Source of the DNA: Spirochaetia bacterium
Lineage (GTDB): Bacteria > Spirochaetota > Spirochaetia > CADAEX01
DNA: 64,000 bases
Direction of reading: 5' to 3'
Assembly (NCBI GenBank): GCA_963662795.1
Contig: OY759746.1
Location: 3,840,001 to 3,904,000, forward strand
Below the pieces are notes generated by a model. It ran no database searches, had not been told where the DNA came from, and saw only the letters and a list, made by a program, of their open reading frames with translations. Position 1 is the stretch's first letter. Each line of letters starts with the position of its first letter. Positions 59,725-64,000 of the stretch are shown here, piece by piece. A program made the translations under genes and the position numbers.

Positions 59725-61047
59725 ATGATATCAGAAAAAAAACTTGATTACACAGATATATTAAAATTCTGGGCGCCGCTTGCAATGATGTGGGTGGTCA
59801 TGTCACTTGAAATGCCTGTTATCAACGCAGTCGTTGCCAGAATGAGTTTCCCGAAAGAAAATCTTGCTATTTTCGGCGTAGTGTTTTCAATCAGCCTGAT
59901 AATTGAAGGGCCGATTATACAGATGCTCTCTGCTGCTACAGCGCTTTCATCGAATTACAGCAGCTATAAAAAACTGTCCCGCTTTCTGTTTTTTTCCGTT
60001 TTCTTTTTAACTTCCATCCATCTTTTATGCGCAGCTCCGCATGTATTTAATTTTATAGCAAAAAATCTTTTGAATTTGCAGGATGATTTTATTCATCCTG
60101 CGCGGATTTCATTTCTTATAATGTTTCCCTGGACATCAGCTATCGGCTACAGAAGAATGTGGCAGGGCGTTCTTATCCGGGACGGCCGAACATACGCAGT
60201 GACCGCAATAATGATATTCAGGATCTTAGTGACAATATCAGTTCTTTTTGCAGGTTTTTTTCTCACTGAAATGAGGGGCTCATATATAGCCGCCCTTTCG
60301 TTAAGCGCAGGAGTAACTGCAGGAGCTTTAGCCGCAGGATTACTTGCTTCTTCTACAATCAGGAAAAGAAAAGCTGAGGAAAATGCCGGCTCTAATAATT
60401 CATGCGTTACCTGGAGTTACCTTTTTATTTTTTACGCCCCTCTTGCCCTTACCTCTTTTGTAACTATGGCAAACAGGCCTATCATCTCTGCCGGTATTAC
60501 AAGGGGTCTTTTTCCGGTTGAATCACTGGCTGCATGGCCTGTAGTACTATCATTTGTGTTTCTTTTCCAGAGTATCCCGCTTTCTTTTCAGGAAGCCGCA
60601 ATAGCTCTTATTTCCGATAATAACAGAAAGACGCTTAAAAGAAGTATTACAGTAATTGGAGCGGCAAGCGCTGCAGTATTTCTTGCCGCAGTAATTACCC
60701 CATTTGGAAGAAAAATATTTCTTTCACTGATTTCAGGCCTTCCTGATTATCTGATTGATATTTCTCTGCTGCCTCTTTTGCTCATGACGCTGGTCTCCTT
60801 TGCCGCCCCTGCGATAGCATGGCTAAGGGCTGTCAATATAAGAAAAGGGACAACTGCGAACATCGCCTGGGCTGTCGCGGTTAACCTGACTTTTGTCTCG
60901 CTGACTTTGGCAGTAATAAATCTTTTCTTTTCAATTTCCGGAATCATGGCTGCCGCATTAAGCTATACAACTGCTGTATGCGCAGAAGCGCTCTTTTTAA
61001 CTGTAATGACAGGGAAAAAGATTATATCAGACAGCCCCCAGGCTTAA
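59725..61047 (+). CDS. MATE/ANKH-like 12-TM membrane protein
   Basis: Two-repeat topology (FWAPLA / FYAPLA), E.LA.F, QGVLIR. Confidence 0.7.
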   Translation: MISEKKLDYTDILKFWAPLAMMWVVMSLEMPVINAVVARMSFPKENLAIFGVVFSISLIIEGPIIQMLSAATALSSNYSSYKKLSRFLFFSVFFLTSIHLLCAAPHVFNFIAKNLLNLQDDFIHPARISFLIMFPWTSAIGYRRMWQGVLIRDGRTYAVTAIMIFRILVTISVLFAGFFLTEMRGSYIAALSLSAGVTAGALAAGLLASSTIRKRKAEENAGSNNSCVTWSYLFIFYAPLALTSFVTMANRPIISAGITRGLFPVESLAAWPVVLSFVFLFQSIPLSFQEAAIALISDNNRKTLKRSITVIGAASAAVFLAAVITPFGRKIFLSLISGLPDYLIDISLLPLLLMTLVSFAAPAIAWLRAVNIRKGTTANIAWAVAVNLTFVSLTLAVINLFFSISGIMAAALSYTTAVCAEALFLTVMTGKKIISDSPQA

Positions 61048-61428
61048 GTCCCCGTGAATTTTAAGAACATGATTGTCAAAGTCTACGTACAGCTTTCTTT
61101 CAGGAAATACTTCTTCAAGTTTTTTCTGAAGCAGCTTTTTCACATCATCCTCGATTTCCCGGATATGCTCAGGATCAATTGTTTCAAGAGTCACCATCCT
61201 GATCTCAATCGCATAACCCTTTCCGTAAACAGAGCCGAAGCCTGCCGTATAGCTGGCCCCGACATTGAAAAGACCGTCATGTGATTTATTGGAAGCTTTT
61301 CCTCTTTCAAGTCTGGAAGGATGCAGGCCGTAGAGCATGCCGTAGTTCTCTTCGAGATAATCATCTATATCATCGAATACCTTTTTAAGCTTATCATCAA
61401 ATTCAGCCATCCTGGGATGGTAAACCAT
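61027..61428 (-). CDS. Conserved hypothetical protein
   Basis: Coupled to the phnE stop; LHPSR..RG..SN...DGLF motif-like segment. Confidence 0.7.
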   Translation of the reverse strand: MVYHPRMAEFDDKLKKVFDDIDDYLEENYGMLYGLHPSRLERGKASNKSHDGLFNVGASYTAGFGSVYGKGYAIEIRMVTLETIDPEHIREIEDDVKKLLQKKLEEVFPERKLYVDFDNHVLKIHGDLSLGAV

Positions 61429-62897
61429 TAGATAAATTTTCTCCTGATCTCCGCGCTTACATAATCAAGTATCGCGACTGTTACAGCGATGAACCATACT
61501 GCAATACCGGCAGCATGATAATCAAGCAGCCTGATATACTGAACAAGGAGAAACCCTATACCTCCGCCGCCGACAAGACCGATTACAGTCGACATCCTTA
61601 CGTTTATGTCCCACCTGTAAATCGAAAAGGAAACAAACGGGGGGATCATCTGGGGGATGATTGCAAACATTATTGTCTGGATGCTGTTGGCTCCTGTTGC
61701 CTTAATTGCCTCGATAGGACCCGGATCAATGCTTTCGATTCCCTCGGAATAAAGCTTGCCCAGCGCTGCGACTGAATGAATTGTCAAAGCGAGAATACCG
61801 GCAAACGGACCAAGGCCTACCCAGACTACAGCAATCAGTGCCCAGATTAAAGGCTCGATAGAGCGGATAATATTAAGTACAGTCCTTACAAAATAGTAAA
61901 CAGCAACTGTAATCCATGAACCAGACATAATATTCCTTGCAGCAAGAAAACTGACCGGGATTGAAAGTATGATGCCGAAGATTGTCGCCATCATTCCCAT
62001 GAATATTGTTTCCACCATTCTCGCGATAGTAAGCTTAAGGGGGTCAGCCGGAATGGGACCGCCTACCCTGCGGATCTGTCTTACTTCCACCCTGTTAAGC
62101 TGCACCCCTTCCGCGCTTGGAGGGATCAGCCGGTAAGGCAATGTCATTGTAAACTCAAATTTTCCTTCAGCGTCAGGGGTTACTGAAAGATACTGCCCCC
62201 CTTCCCTTGGTCTGAACTCATTCTTGATAGAATCAAGCCACCATACTTCACCAATTTCTCCCGGTGTAAATCCGCTTCCCCTTACCGTAATTTCTGTCCC
62301 TTTTACAATTTCATTGTTTTTATCAAGTGTCGAGAGAGAACCCCATCCGGGATCGGTTTCAACATAAGGTTTCCCTTCTGTCCTGATCTGCGCAGGAAGA
62401 ACATAATCGGGATCATCAATTACCAGATCCGCACCGCCAGTTAGTTCTTCGGTTTTATAGGTTATTGCAGCTTTCCACGGCCAGAGTACTTTAGATAGTG
62501 GTTTCCAGGCATCCGGCATCTGGACTGCTGCTTTAACAACATCAATCTCGCTTATCTGCCAGCCGAGGCCGAAAAAGATAACAAGAATTAAGACAAAGAC
62601 TCCGGGCCGTTTCTTTTTGGCGTTGTATTTAACCGAATCAATTGCTACCCATACCCAGAGAAGTAAGGTCAATACTATTAAAAATATAATAAAGCCTGGA
62701 TTGTTCGAAAACGCTTTTTTAAGTACAGGAAAAAATCCTTCATATCTATGGGCAAGAAGTGAGACTCTTGAGATTGAAAGGCCTATAATGCTTGTAAATG
62801 AAAGAATTATGAGGAGGCCTCTCTGAATATGCTTTCTGTAAAGATGACCGGCCCCGGGAAAGATAAGGGATAAAACGATCGGAGCAATATTTTTCAT
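61428..62897 (-). CDS. phnE: Phosphonate/phosphite ABC transporter permease with extra periplasmic domain
   Basis: RSIEPLIWAL, GLGPFAGILAL, GKLYSE.IE, YRWDINVR.STVIGLVGGGGIG. Confidence 0.9.
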   Translation of the reverse strand: MKNIAPIVLSLIFPGAGHLYRKHIQRGLLIILSFTSIIGLSISRVSLLAHRYEGFFPVLKKAFSNNPGFIIFLIVLTLLLWVWVAIDSVKYNAKKKRPGVFVLILVIFFGLGWQISEIDVVKAAVQMPDAWKPLSKVLWPWKAAITYKTEELTGGADLVIDDPDYVLPAQIRTEGKPYVETDPGWGSLSTLDKNNEIVKGTEITVRGSGFTPGEIGEVWWLDSIKNEFRPREGGQYLSVTPDAEGKFEFTMTLPYRLIPPSAEGVQLNRVEVRQIRRVGGPIPADPLKLTIARMVETIFMGMMATIFGIILSIPVSFLAARNIMSGSWITVAVYYFVRTVLNIIRSIEPLIWALIAVVWVGLGPFAGILALTIHSVAALGKLYSEGIESIDPGPIEAIKATGANSIQTIMFAIIPQMIPPFVSFSIYRWDINVRMSTVIGLVGGGGIGFLLVQYIRLLDYHAAGIAVWFIAVTVAILDYVSAEIRRKFI

Positions 62898-63685
62898 AGC
62901 CTGGTTCCTTTTACAGGTTTGCCTGCATTAACCCTTTCGGCTTCTTCCCCGTATATTTCCTTGAATTCGCGGTCTGTCATTTGTCTGATATCCTCGCCTG
63001 TTCCCCTGTAGACAATCTCTCCATCCTTAAGCCCTATTACCCTTGTTGCGTACCTCTGAACAAGATCAAGGTAATGGAGGCTGCAGATAACTGTAATATT
63101 CTGTTCCTGATTCATTTTTTCAATATAGCCCAGAATTGTATGGGCAAGTACCGGATCAAGACTCGCTACCGGCTCGTCAGCCAGCACCATCAGAGGCTCC
63201 TGCATGATTGCCCTTGCAATACCTACCCTCTGCTGCTGCCCTCCTGAAAGCTCATCCGCCCTTTTATATGCCTGCTCAGTGATTCCTACTCTTTTAAGTG
63301 CTGAAAACGCATCCTGATAATCTTTTTTGGAGAATTTATAATAAAGGCTTTTCCACGTGTTAACACGGCCCAAGCGACCGGAAAGGACATTATTGAGAAC
63401 ACTCAGTCTTTTAACAAGATTAAAATGCTGAAAAACCATGCCTATCTGCGATCTGATTTTGCGGAGCTCTGCTCCCTTTGCAGTGCATACATCTGCTCCG
63501 TTCCAGATTATACTTCCCGAAGTAGGTTCCACAAGCCTGTTTATGCACCTGAGAAGTGTCGACTTTCCAGAGCCGCTGAGTCCGATTATTACAAGGAATT
63601 CCCCATGTTCGAGATTAAAGCTCACATTTTTCAGGGCCTGTGTCCCGTCTCCGTAGGTTTTTGACAGATTTTTTATTTCAAGCAT
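62894..63685 (-). CDS. phnC: Phosphonate ABC transporter ATP-binding protein
   Basis: GLSGSGKST, FQHFNLV.R, LSGGQQQRVGIARA, ADEPVASLDP. Confidence 0.93.
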   Translation of the reverse strand: MLEIKNLSKTYGDGTQALKNVSFNLEHGEFLVIIGLSGSGKSTLLRCINRLVEPTSGSIIWNGADVCTAKGAELRKIRSQIGMVFQHFNLVKRLSVLNNVLSGRLGRVNTWKSLYYKFSKKDYQDAFSALKRVGITEQAYKRADELSGGQQQRVGIARAIMQEPLMVLADEPVASLDPVLAHTILGYIEKMNQEQNITVICSLHYLDLVQRYATRVIGLKDGEIVYRGTGEDIRQMTDREFKEIYGEEAERVNAGKPVKGTRL

Positions 63686-63719
63686 TTTTCCTGTTATCCG
63701 TTATTTTATTTAAAATATA

Positions 63720-63750
63720 AAGGGAGAAAAGCATAATGCGTCTCTCCCTT
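63720..63750. repeat. Intercistronic hairpin between phnD and phnC
   Basis: AAGGGAGA...TCTCCCTT stem. Confidence 0.5.
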
Positions 63751-63769
63751 CGGTTTTCATAGTTCTTAA

Positions 63770-64000
63770 TTATTTTGTCAGATCGCTGATCTTAAGACCC
63801 GCAGCCTGGAGTACCTGACGGAACGGATCGTAGAATGTGTCATCCTTCTCTGTCAGATCGTTCCACTGATAGGCTGTCTTAAGAGCTTCTTTCCCTTCAT
63901 CCGTCTTGACAATCTCAAGAAGGGCTTTAACAATTGTGGATCTCATTTCCTTCGGCATTGATTTTACGAACTGGACACCGTCATTGGGAATATCTGGTGT
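63770..64000 (-). CDS. phnD: Phosphonate ABC substrate-binding protein, C-terminal part (truncated by the window)
   Basis: Frame open to the window end (..PDIPNDGVQF..MPKE..DDTFYDPFR); upstream of phnC. Confidence 0.75.
   Translation of the reverse strand, partial: TPDIPNDGVQFVKSMPKEMRSTIVKALLEIVKTDEGKEALKTAYQWNDLTEKDDTFYDPFRQVLQAAGLKISDLTK

Noticed and set aside
491-63664. Numerous antisense or overlapping ORFs in the track (e.g. 491-958, 4428-5024, 35326-35976, 52882-53499, 58327-58899)
   Set aside because: They are shadows of well-supported genes on the other strand or frame, with no RBS or family motifs.
1-64000. CRISPR arrays, rRNA, tRNA, prophage or defence genes
   Set aside because: No regularly spaced repeats, no intergenic gap with RNA-gene hallmarks, and no recognisable phage or defence motifs were seen by eye.

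Overview
A gene-dense bacterial chromosome segment, most likely from a free-living spirochaete (Spirochaetota). This is inferred from the murC-yicC-cytidylate kinase-omega-miaA gene order and a spirochaete-type small Zn-ribbon protein. Positions 1-33 kb and 54-64 kb are mostly housekeeping or metabolic: cysK, a queuosine-precursor transporter under a preQ1-I riboswitch, a HisD homologue, folC, RqcH/NFACT, miaA, murC, mtnN, a MoxR-DUF58-transglutaminase operon, a CitAB-like two-component pair, trpS, a sigma54-driven Hsp20 and phnD/C/E. The 33.4-54.3 kb region is an accessory island built from a repeated module: a CHASE2 class III adenylate cyclase divergent from an operon of [SLH-like small secreted protein]-[outer-membrane beta-barrel]-[secreted FecR-domain protein]-[variable Cys-Tyr lipoprotein]. 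The module occurs twice in full. A third FecR+lipoprotein cassette is followed by two AT-rich GT2-like proteins with an RRE/PqqD-like N-terminus and a UDP-xylose synthase. This is the best candidate for an undescribed trans-envelope cAMP signalling system, possibly with a glycosylation add-on. An intact IS30 sits in front of a frameshifted lipoprotein gene. Many genes show a -35/N17/-10/N6-9/ATG layout suggesting leaderless mRNAs. No rRNA, tRNA or CRISPR array was seen. All family assignments are by eye from motifs, and no database search was run.
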